DNA of 63,429 bases, filler included, from Licmophora abbreviata (taxonomy: Eukaryota): the NCBI GenBank assembly GCA_900291995.1. It is 17 parts of 17 records of this genome, joined end to end, with 100 filler letters (N's around TTAATTAATTAA, not from the genome) between each part and the next. Parts side by side here need not be neighbours in the genome. Positions count along the whole stretch, not along the records: positions 9,986 to 11,946 come from OLMU01005693.1; positions 12,047 to 35,216 come from OLMU01005694.1; 15 more parts are not named here. One strand, given 5' to 3'. This document shows, in pieces, positions 10,966 to 22,628 of this stretch (the first letter of the stretch is position 1; the number at the start of each line of letters is the position of its first letter). Below the pieces are notes generated by a model. It had not been told where the DNA came from. It worked only from the letters and a program-made list of their open reading frames with translations, and made no database searches. A program made the translations under genes and the position numbers.

Positions 10966-12101
10966 ATGCGACTCCCCACCCCTCATTTGATACGAGTCTT
11001 CAAGTCAGCCTTGCAAAATCCTTCCTGGCAAGAGTTGCGAACAAATTGGGAGCGTCTTTCTGTCATGGCACCGCGGTCATTGCTGGATCGTATGCGAGAG
11101 GAGGATATCACTACGGTGCAACAACATTCGCAGCTGACTACTGATGTGGCTACATATATCACGGAGACGTTTCAAGCACAGCAGCAGAAAAGTATCTCTA
11201 CAACTAGCGAGTCGGCCTATACAGTTGACTCCCTCCGTGTTTATGATGCCTTCGTTTGGGGTTTCAACTCTCCCTTTCTGTGGGGCATTCACGAATCTGA
11301 AATTGAACAGCTGTATGAAGAGAGTGTTCAGTCTAGCCACGCCGAGATTGCGGTTGGAACGGGACTCTTCCTTGAACGTGTACTACTGAATCGACAACAA
11401 GAACAACAATTGAATGAGCTCACCTTGCTGGACTTGAATGTCAATGCTCTCGAGGAATGCGAGACGCGTCTACTATCACGACATGCCGACAGTCATCATT
11501 CTTCTTCAACTACTTTGAATAGATCTATTGACACGATTACAAAATCGTTGTGGGATGTGTGGGAGGAGCCTCCGGCTAATCTGCAATACTCCTTTGACTC
11601 GGTAGCGGCCAACTTTTTGCTCCACTGCTTGCCGGGAAGTAGTCTGCTTGACAAGCAAGTTGTCATTGAGCATTGCGCCAGTTTGTTGCGGAACAGCGAG
11701 TCTGTATTCTTCGGAAGTACTATACTGGGACAAGACTTATTGTTGTGCAACAAGGAGGATGAGGCACTCCCGGCAGCAATTCAAACTACCAAAGCCTTCA
11801 ATGCGAATGGCATATTTGGAAACCAAGGTGATTGCTACACTGACCTGGTCAAGGTCCTAACGAATGTGTTTGAGGATGTGGAAGTGTGGCGTTCGGGACA
11901 TTGTGCAGTTTGGAAAGCGAAAAAAGTGAAGAAAGTTCAAAGTAGTNNNNNNNNNNNNNNNNNNNNNNNNNNNNNNNNNNNNNNNNNNNNTTAATTAATT
12001 AANNNNNNNNNNNNNNNNNNNNNNNNNNNNNNNNNNNNNNNNNNNNAGTTTGGAAAGCGAAAAAAGTGAAGAAAGTTCAAAGTAGTAAAACAGGGCCCTA
12101 G
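10966..12101 (+). CDS. Class I SAM-dependent methyltransferase (bacterial/fungal Methyltransf_12, VrtF-like type)
   Basis: YDAFVWGFNSPFLW, HAEIAVGTGLFL (motif I), LLDLN, FDSVAANFLLHCLPG, FFGSTILG, NANGIFGNQGD. A 40-bp overlap across the spacer completes the ORF as ...KKVQSSKTGP* (TAG 12099-12101). Confidence 0.85.
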
Positions 12102-12165
12102 TCTCTAGTCTAGCTAGGCCAAAAGCCAGTCGAGCGTTGCAAATCCATCAATGGTCCGACTCGAA

Positions 12166-15100
12166 TCAGCCAAACGACGTCTCCTCGTCTTCCTCTCCTT
12201 TCGACACTGTTTCACCGTTCTTTGTGGACCCTTCCAGAGGATTCGACAAGGTAGCTTCAATCGCATTTGCGCGACCCTCCGCGGCACCAAACAGCGCATC
12301 GCCGAGCTCCACATCGCCCCGTTCCAACGCCAAGTCTCCCTTGACGACATCACGAAACATTTCTAAACTCCATTTTAACAACTTGTTCTGTAGAAAATCC
12401 TCAGCAAACACGGAGGCTCCCGGTGGAAACAACGTGGCAATCATGCGAGGAGGGACAATTGTCATACGTACCTTCATTAGGCACGCGTTGGACGATGTGG
12501 GAATGAATTCGACTATTCCCACATTCTTCACTCCCGAAACAGATTCCCATTGAATGCCGCGATACGGACTTTCCAGCAAGGTACTTGTCGCTCGCCACTT
12601 GAATCGAACCCCTCGAATATTCAAGGTCCATTCGGTCTCACTCCCAGTATCCAAATATGCTACACTGCTCAGCCACGGAGTCCATCGGGTCATTTGCGGC
12701 AGGTCACCGAAGCGAGCACAGGCAATGTCATCCGAAAACGGCAAGGGAAGCGATACGACCACACTCAATTCGCGTCCGCCTGACTCTGATCGATATGAAT
12801 AGGACTGTTCCAGTGGCTGAGTAGTCTCTGGTGGGACCACGAGACGGTCCAACACGGCGGAGTCCCGCAATTCATCAAGACCAAGTCCAAACAAGGCTCT
12901 GGAAAGAGAGGACACTTGAAGCTCGCCGTGTTTCGTCACGTACGATGAAAATGACGGGGAGAGAGTATCATCTCGAAGCAAACGGAAGGTGCCAAGCCCG
13001 TGAGAGTACGACGCCGCTCGAGAGGAAGCCCCATGGCTAGACGCAGCACCAAGAAAGGCTGCATAGGCTAGTCCGACTCCTGAGTCAAAACAAGACGACA
13101 CTACCGCTCCCATGTCGAGCTCGTCGTGTGCCAGTCGTGCAAGACGCATGGTGAGCTCCATTCCTAGAAGGGTGGGCTTCAGAACAATCGCAGCACATCC
13201 ACGGGGGCCACCGGGGAAAGCGGAGAGAAGTTCATGCTGTATTCTTACAAAATCGTACTTGCACGCGGCGGCCAATTCAGCGATAGTTTCGTCGAGCGCG
13301 TACGGGACTGTCGTGTCTTTCTGCCATTGTTCTAGTGCGTCAACCTGGCATCCCAGATCTGGCTCAGTGGACTGTTTCTTCAAAGGTTCTTCCACATATT
13401 CCAATCTTGTCAGCGTATTTCCAAGCTTCAGAAAGTCACCAAAGTGTATCGCTGCTTCTTGGTCCCACGCACGGTTCGCGTCCGCACGAACCATGGAGTC
13501 CGTCTGGCGCAATGCTTCAACAAGAGCAGCCTCATCGGCTTCTGCGGTTTGATGTCCCACTTTGACCTTGACGGAAGGATATCCAATCTGGCTTTCATCT
13601 CCGTTTCTCTTGGGCGCAGACCCCAAAGTGTCTCTCATGTGAATCCCATTCAGCAGAAGCAGTGCGTTGGAGACGCTTGAACTCTTTGGAGCTCTTTCCT
13701 CAGGAGTATATTCGATGAGCGCTTGTAGTAGTGGCATTCGAACTACCTGAGCCGCGATAGACAACAAAGCCATCTCTAAGCCAGCACGAACAGACTGAGA
13801 GACGCTGTCGATCTCGAGAGTATCAAGAAATGTGTCAATGAATTCTCCAAGACCTCCGTCCAGCCCCAACACCACGGCGGCATCCAGAGTAGGCAGAAAG
13901 AGGGTTTCGAATTCTCTGCATTCTCCTCTGAATTGTCTCTAGTTCACATTGTGCGTCCTGTAGGCTTTCAGGGTGGACACCTGCTAACGGGCTAACTTCG
14001 CCGATGCCGACGGCTGATCCATCACTTGACACAATCTGTAGAATCAAGCCCGTTCTACTCTCAGCCGATTTAGTCGCTGTCAGTTTTCGCGCTATCGCTC
14101 CATCCGGTCACTTTGGCTGAGGAATCTTGAAAGTAGAGAGAGTATGTTTCGAAATCGAGGCCTCCGACCGTTAATTGGTTCCATATTGCGCTTGTCGCTA
14201 TTTTCTCTCGTTTCAGGTCAGCGATCCGTTTTCTTTGTGTCCCATCTCGACTTGCACCCGTGCCCTGAGAAGACACTAGGAATGGCGCCGCTGACGTTGC
14301 TTCCCCTCTAGGATACTCTCTCTTCTCCTCAGTGAGAAAGCTGTACATGACTGAAGAAACCTCGTCGGGCGCCTCTGATATGACAGCATGGCCAACATCC
14401 GGAAGCTCGACTAGCACCAGATTCTTGTCATGTCGTTCCCAAAGCTTGCCGATGCGCGCATACTTTAAATCGAGACTACCAGAAACATAGAGCGTGTTGG
14501 ATGAGTAGACTGATCGCCAGGCTGAACTGGAATGATCGCCCGGAGAGCTATCTCTGAGTACATTGGCTAGATCTCTTCCTCGGCTCGCCAATGCAGATGT
14601 TCTCCTCGACAGCATCTGACGATACTCTGATGAATCGCGGCTCTGCATTTCTCCCCACAGCGCGGCACCGTACCATTGCCGGAGAAAGGACGACCAAACC
14701 AAAGGGTTCTCCGATTCGGCACGATCACGGAGTACGTCTCTGTTTGCCGTGGAAAGTATTTCACTGTAGAGACGCTCGTCTTTCATGGCTCTTTCCACTC
14801 GGTTGGCCTCTGGCTTCCGAGCTGAAGGAAGCTCGCCTGGGTATGTGCTCAGCAAAACAAGCCGGGTGTCCTCTGTTATCAATGTCGGCGGCATATTCTC
14901 GGTCGAAACATCACGACTTGCCCTCATCATTGCTAACGAAACTCTACCTCCAAGACTGTATCCAGCTAGTGCGTCAATAGACTTGACGCCACGGTTCTTG
15001 AGCGTTCGTAGAACACAAGCGGAAAGATCATCAACTGAAAGACCAGAGTCGTCAATATCTTCATCAGAGTGTAACCCCAGTGACGCACGAATAGCTTGCA

Positions 15101-18100
15101 TGTCCGATGAAAAACGAAGCGGAGAATCTCCATGTCCAGGGAGATCGAGAGACAGAATTGTCCACTCAGGAGGCAAAGATCGGGCAAGGCTAGAGCCAAC
15201 GGGATCCCATTCCAACTTGTCCCCCATCCATCCATGAAGAAGAACCATCGTTTTCCTTTTATCGTCCTCTCGATGGGCCTCCCGATAAATCTTCATTGGC
15301 AACAAGCAATCAGTGAACGCATCTTTCTGCAAAGTATCATCCAAGAAAGATATCACTCGACTAGTAATCTCGCGGTGTACGGCGACGTTCTCCTCTCGAC
15401 TGGCCACCGTAGCTTCAACAATGCAAGGGAAGCCGCCAGTGATCGACTCTCTGTAAGCAGCGACAAAGGTTTTGAAACTCCATGCCTGTCGGTACTTAAG
15501 GCCAAAAGCTTCTGCCGCTTTGTGTAACAAGAACGAGTTGGTGGGCGTGCCAAAGAAATCTTCGAAGTTCACGTCGTTCCCATGTTTTGCAACTGGCAGA
15601 AAAGAAAAAATGCCACCGCCGTCATTGTCAACTACCACTGTTGTGAGTGGAGGCCCCTTCTTCGAAGAAGACTGCTGCTGGCGATTGCCTGAAAGAGCAT
15701 GAAAAGCGTTGATATCGTGCAGGGCCGCTAGATCTCCAATGAGCAGCGTCGTCGGCTTTTCAGTGGATTCAGCAAAGCCTGCCGCAGCAGAAATTACACC
15801 ATCGATGCCACTGGCGCCACGATTGACACCTACATCTGCGATTTTGTCATGGCCTTTCCTGTTGTCAATGGAAGTCACCTCGCTGTCAGGATACAAGAAA
15901 AACTCAGCATCCCGCACGGGCATTGAATTTGAAAGAAAGATAGATGAAGCATATTCGTTTTCTCGAATAACATCTCGCATCGCAAGGACAACCTGGGGCT
16001 CCGTCAAGTGCGACCTGGCAGATCCAGTCGACTCAGTTGTCTCAATGACAATGCGGGAGGATTCGTGGATGATTCCAGGCATTTCCTTCTGCAAAGTGCG
16101 ACCAAGAAGCACAAGCGGGGTAAGATCGCTGCTAGGCCGGACATCTTCTGACGAAAGAGCCTCCAGGCGTTCGGTAAGGGATTTAACAAACGGGTAAATC
16201 TCAGAAGAAACATGGTGAGTGACAGAAAAATCAGGATCGGCCCGTTCTTGAGGATGATGTGGATGCAAGAGAACGTGGCTAAGCAAAATGGCATGAGAAT
16301 CATCGTCCTGCTCCCTTGCTTTTATGACAGACGAAATCAAACTGGGGATTTCTGTCGAAACCAATGGCGCTCCAATCTGCAAAACAAGATCTGGGTTCAT
16401 ATTCTGTCGAACCGCGGGGTGTTTCAGCAAGTGCTCGGCATAAGGAACCACAGCCGGGCTACGGAACCGCAGGCTTCCGCTCTGCACGCCAGCAAATATT
16501 GGCATGCCAGCCACTTGTGCAAAGTTTGAAATCATTTCTACCACTCGAGACTCATCCGCTACCTCGGCTTCATCTGAAGTACCACGCACGTTGCCAACGA
16601 CAACGATTCCCCTACGGCTGCTCCTGATGAGACCGGCGATCTCGTCGATTGCGCGGTCGACAGAAGAACTTGCGTGTGCCAACAGGTCATAGTGCAGCAG
16701 CCCTGCCCCTGCAGAGAATGTCTGGGCCCAGCGGCCTCCCCCAACAGACCATCGCTGAAATCCCGGAACATCGGTAAATCGAAAGCCGTTGAATCTCGTA
16801 ACTGAGTCGACCCGATCGTCATTTCGAACGGGGCCTCCTTCTGGAGCAAGATTTTCTCGGAACTGAATGTTCAAATGCACAGGACCACGCAGTGTCCGAG
16901 CCAGATTCACAGCATGATCTGCATCTGAAAGTGCAAGAGACACAGGTACATCATCACTTGGAGGTGGGATATCGCGGAACCATCGAAGGTACGTGGAAGA
17001 AAATGCCTTGACTTGATCCACGGCCTGGTTCGATCCGGTTGCTCGACTCTCATAGGGCCGGTCAGCCGTTAATAGCAACATTGGTACACCATCCATTCCA
17101 GCCTCCATGATGGACGGATACAGGTTGGCGACTGCAGTTCCACTCGAGGTAATCACGGCTGCTGGACGACCAGCTGCTCGTGCAAACCCCAGAGCTCGAA
17201 AGCCAGCAGACCGCTCATCGTGAATGCTCTGCGCATAAACAACGCCAACATGGGCACGCAGCGTCTTGGAAAGAGCGGCAACGAGGGGTGTCGATCTCGA
17301 CCCAGGGCACACATAAAACTGAGTGACTCCGCAGCGGACGAGCTCCTCCAGGAAGGCGCTCGCCCAAGCTACATTCGGAGACGACACACTCTGCAGAGTC
17401 AGCGGTGACGGTGGGAATATCGAGGAAATGACTCCAATCTTATACGATGTCTCGGTCCATTCTCCTTGCACAGTCGACCCAGGCACAATGCCAGCGCCTG
17501 CATATACCGATAGCGAGGGGGGCATTTGACGAGCTTGTCGGGGCTGCATCACGGGCATACTCAGAAGACCAGATCGAATTGCAACAATGACATCTGCTGA
17601 GTCTCGGCCATAGCAGCCAAAGGGTCCTGCATAAAACCCACGATCAAAGGCCACACTTTCACTCCTCCGAATAAATTCGAGTGATTGCTGTTTAGGGTAC
17701 CCGCAAACGGCAGGCGTTGGATGAAGCTTTTGTTGTAGAAACTGCGACACGTCTACTGAGCTGACCCCCTTTTTCATGGTACCCTCAAAGTGCTCGCAGA
17801 TGTGCTGCAAGTGACGCAGTCGTCGGACGAAGAAGCGACCATTATCAATCGAGCTGCTACCGGTAGACAAATCCACCGAATGCAACAACTCTCGCTGGCG
17901 ACGTTCCGCTGTGAAATTTGTGCCACCACTCTGTTGCAGCAGCAAGTCAATCTTTCCTTCCTGTTCCAGCTCTGTAAACGTACGTTGAATAAACCTTCCT
18001 GTAATCAGATTTTCCTCTCGGTCCTTGGGAGACTCGAACAACTCTCGACACAGCCTCACATCGGCTTCTTGCGTTGACCCCCGCGGTCGCGTGCCTGCCA

Positions 18101-19664
18101 AGGCCTCCGACCGTACTCGACCGTGTCGAATCTGAAACAATCGTTCTGGGGAACATCCAAAGAATTCTCTTCGAGCTTGAGTAGTCGTAGAACTATCCTG
18201 CACTACGCCTGGCGACAAATAGAACAAGTGCCCTCCTTCGTTGTTGCCATACTTCCACTTGCGCAGAACATCCAAAGCTGTGAACGGTACACTGGCCTTG
18301 TCAAATGTGAGATCCATGCGTCGAGCCAGCACCACTTTTTGAAGTGCATCACTACTAGCACTAGTAGTATTGTGGCGTTCAAACTCCTCCAGCGCCGCCG
18401 ACACGCCACGTTCGTAAATTTCTTGTCCGTCCACCCGGCCATAGTTGGATTCGCGTGTGATTATCGGGGGCAGGGTAGTGGGTGGAGTCGAAGAAGACGT
18501 GCGATCCGTGACTTGTTGGAGCGTAGCAAGCGTGTGTTGTGCTGCATCTTTCCAAGACGACGAGCGATCGCGACGGCACAAGTGTACCGCAATGGATGTC
18601 GTGGTAGTTGTGTGACCGCTGCTGCTGCGGGTATCATCGTTGTCATTACCATCATACGTGCCGTGGATCGTTTCGGACACTCGTTTCACTTCAATGGCTG
18701 GTAATATATACAGTCCCTTACAAAATCCCTGCCATTCTGCATCTGGAGTTGACTCGGTATCGAATCTCTCTCCCCCATATAATAAGGACTGCTGTGGCAG
18801 ATTGTTTTGCAACCACTCCCAAAAAGACTGAGTACTGTTACTCTCCGAACTTGTTGTTGTGGAGGTGGCATTCGTATACCTGTAGGCAGCCCCATAGACG
18901 GCCGCTTCCAAGGTTTCTTCCGCATTGCAAAAGTACAGTGTATCTTCTTTTTCGGATGCTGTAGTAGTAGTAGTAACATGCGCATGCAACCAACCGAGGG
19001 GATCCACGCGATGCGAAATATCATGTTGAATACGCAAGACGAGCGAATCGTCGTCCTTATCCATCCCGTAACTCCGTCTTGGCAGTACACCATCGTCTTG
19101 AATCAGTCGATGCAAGGACTGCTGCAGCAATTTGAGACACGAGTGGAGGGGCAATCGACGGTCGGCACCGGTAATGGCAGGATCATGATTGAAAAGTGAA
19201 GGGTGTAGTATCTGGTAGGGTGAGAGTGTGTTGAAGGAGTAGTGTCGCTGTTGTTGTAATGAGGCAGGGCGGCCTTCATCACTACTACTCTCGTCGTTGA
19301 CATTCATGGTTTTTGTCTGTTTCGGCTTATCGCCACCATCCTTCGCCGAGTCGTTGTTGTTTCGATGCATGGAATCAATCGAAGCGTGCAATCGTCGAGT
19401 AACAAACGGACGTTGCCATGGTGATGATTTCAACACTGACGAGGAATGGGACGTGAAGGCCAGAGACAGTTCGAGTCGACAGAGACACAGCAACACGGCT
19501 GACAGAGCCGATAATAGACGAAGGACTTGGCGCCGCCGCCGATGCACCAACGACAAGGGTATCCGAGCTGGCAGTAAAATACTGCTGCTGCTGCTGCTGC
19601 TATATCGGTTGGAGCAAGACTGCAGGCTCAAGCAAGGCCCACGATCAGGAGTTTCGGATCGCAT
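12166..19664 (-). CDS. PHYLLO: PHYLLO-type multifunctional phylloquinone biosynthesis protein: MenF-MenD-MenH-MenC plus C-terminal SRPBCC/START domain; two apparent frameshifts (~14075, ~13915)
   Basis: MenF: KVVLARR, FFGCSPERL, EALAGTRPRG, LHPTPAVCGYP, FDRGFYAGP, YAGAGIVPGS. MenD: CPGSRSTPL, DERSAGF, TSSGTAVANL, NRGASGIDG, GDLAALHD. MenH: LHGWMG, GYSLGGR. MenC: GIGEVSPLAGVHPE, KVKVG, RADANRAW, YVEEP, ALDE, VLKPT, HGLGT. Bipartite presequence ending LSLAF. Confidence 0.92.
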
Positions 19665-20231
19665 GGTGGTGGTCTACTTCTACAGCAGCAGCCACAACAA
19701 GAAGTGCTGCTAGTCACTCCACTGATGTGTCTCCAGTCTCAACGGCGTTCCTCCACTTGGATTTGGCATCCAATTTCGTGGTTGAAGTTTGCTAGTTTGA
19801 TTTGGGCTTGGATTCCTTCGAATCGAATCTGTCGACTCCTTCGACTGACATTCCATCTTCAACATTGAATATAAAACCTCATATGTGTATAATTATTGTA
19901 CTCGTATTCAGTGTGTCATTAGTTCTCAGCGCTTCACCACTTTTTCTGAAACACTTTAAGATCATAAGGTTTCATCCACGAGCGCTGGAAACTACGACTC
20001 GCGAGTTTCGAACTTTCTCAACTTTGGAATTTCAGCTGTCGAGGTGCGCTGGTCGTTCTGGTTGATGTTGCAGTCGGTGCAGAGTGTCTTCAGTCACACA
20101 GCGCGGTTCTCTTTCAGAATTCGGTTCTCTGTGGGTAGAGCAGGGGCGCGGTGTCATCGCGTTGTAGACTACATGCACAGCTGGAACGATTGATTCTTCC
20201 AAGTCTTCTCCTACTTTACTGGTATCATACC

Positions 20232-21864
20232 ATGATTCTCGCTACTCTCGTACTCCTCTTGGTGACTCACAACAGTCTGCACACAACGACCTGTGCCTTC
20301 TTAGTCCCAGCATTGCTCAGTTCAAACCACAGAACACGACGACCCCTGTCATTGCTCCACCGCTCGTACTACCGGGACGACTTTAGCTCGGGCGGCGGCG
20401 GCGGTGCTTCCAGCAGTCGAAACCGCACGGACTACGACTCGAATCATGACTTGTCATTGCCCCCTCGACCACAAGACACACCGCCATCTTCTTCTTCTTC
20501 TTCCACTACCAACAACACTCCTCAACAGCGCCGCTCCCAACACGTCCCCCTCCTCGGTCCCATCCCCAACGCCCCTCCGCTCCTCGTGGGCAGCGAAATG
20601 TTCTTGGACCCACCGACGGAATCGCAATGGCAGTCACTTCAAGAAAGTGTAGTTTTGCATTCTCAATACAACAGGATGAACGACGACGACGAGTCCAGTG
20701 TGACTGGGATCAAGGCAGCGCCACTCGTACTCATGATGGATGAAGTCACCGGAATCGGGAGGTCAGTAGTACTGTGATGATCGTGTGTCAGTGATTCTTG
20801 TTTCTTAGTGTACTGACGTGATGACTTACTACTACTTGATCTTTTTCTTCTATTATACTCCCACCTGGTACTCACAACGCAGCGACGATGGCATTGTGGG
20901 TCGTTACGCCACACTCGCTGCTGTCGTGGGCATTTCTTCGTCGCGCACCAGTCTCGATGATCGACTGAATGATCGATTCAATCCGAAGTATACGGATGAT
21001 GAAGTCAGTTTCATGGATTCCTTTTCGACTCACGCAAAAAGCAACAACAATGAACGATCGCCCTCGGAATCCTGTATACGATTGGTCGGTGTCGGACGAG
21101 CGCAATTGCGAGACTACTTTTACAAGAAGTCGAGTAGTCAACAAGAACAACAACGACAACAACAAGATCCAGAACTATCCCAAGATCCACCCATTGCCAT
21201 GGCCGAGTTTGACGTCCTCTTTGACGACTTGCACACTACATCCTCTTCTTCCCCCCACGCCGCTTCCATTCACGCCTTGCACACAATGTCCAGCATTACG
21301 CACCAGCTCTTGCACTTGCACGAAGAACGGCGGCGCTTGGTGCGTGGATGTCAGGCTGCCACGGTACGACTCCAACATCGCGATTTCTTTGAAGATTCCG
21401 ATGGCATTGGGGAAATTACGAATCATCACCAAGAGCTCTTGAAGGAGTTTGTTGCGGAATTTGAGGAAGCAACCACAATGAACAGAAACAATAACAAAGA
21501 CAGGTTGGATCCATCCATGCTTCATTCCATGGACAATTTTGGACTCAACGTGTATTCCTTCTTGTCGCCCTTGATGGACTTGACGGATGTTGCCATGCAG
21601 CAGTTGGAACCGTACTATTCGCCGCAAGTGCGACAAGACGAAGAATTTCGCATGATGCTGACTAGTTTTGTGGCCTTTCGCGCCTTGGTCGGTTGGTGCA
21701 GTGCGACCGACATGGCGTGGGCGCTCAAGTGCAACAATACGATTGAACGACTGACGCGAGCGCATCAAATCATGTCGCAGCATACGGCAGTGTTGAAGCG
21801 TATGGCGGAACGGCTGAGTCAGGACTTGAGAGATTGTGGGGAAGAGTGTTCCGATTTGTGGTAG
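20232..21864 (+). CDS. Hypothetical plastid-targeted protein, possibly Lon N-terminal-domain-like; intron 20762-20882
   Basis: Signal peptide ending TTCAF-LVP; GTCAGT...CAG intron in frame; IRLVGVGRAQL and C-terminal ALKCNNTIERL resemble Lon substrate-binding-domain proteins (weak). Confidence 0.65.
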
Positions 21865-22628
21865 AAAACAAGACAAAAAGGGTGTGTGTGTGTGTCTGTG
21901 TGACGGGAGACGACGTGCGCGTTAGATAGAGAATGGCCAGGTTTCTGGAGATAGTAAACAATTGCTCAAGTGGACGGGGGCCAGTGATCGTGAACACCGG
22001 TACATGTTTCGGTAGCTAATGTAAAGAGCTTGTTCGTCCAAAAATATCTGTTTGTTTTATATCGTGTACAATGCTTGTAGAAAGTGTGACCAGATAACAG
22101 AGTAAGACTAAGCGTGTCCAGTTATTGAATGAACGAATCAGTACAGTTGCGGCCACACGCCAAGCAAGCATGGCGAATACAATGTACTTTGTACGACACA
22201 ACGGAGTGCTTTCATTAATTTCAATGCCTTTTTGCATGTACTTTCTCTCTAGCGTACCATACTTTAGACTAGTAGCCTTAGCTATTTGTGTTTCAGCAAC
22301 ATGTCGATCTCAATGAATGTTCCGCTTGTTCTTTGGATGAAAAGAGATGGAATTTCTGTTTTTAGACGGTGTCTCGTCGTTCAGGCCCAATCGACGACAT
22401 GTCAGGAATCTGGAGTTTCAAAATTTCCATTCCAAGCGGGTCCAGAGCCGCACAGATTTCGCGGACTGACGCACATCGGTGCTCCAAAGAACAAAAACTA
22501 CGAGACCCATCATCGTTGTTGTCGATAAGCGCCGCCCATCAGTTAGCAGCAAAACTCAGAGGGTTGTTGCCGTCGTCTTGATATCGCGTTGCTACTCTCC
22601 AGTACTCTAGTCGTTTTGCGGAGAGAGC

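Noticed and set aside
10966..12101. Methyltransferase next to PHYLLO considered as MenG/UbiE
   Set aside because: Lacks UbiE/MenG-type motifs (e.g. YD.MN..S.G.H..W, FGLRN) and matches a different family pattern.
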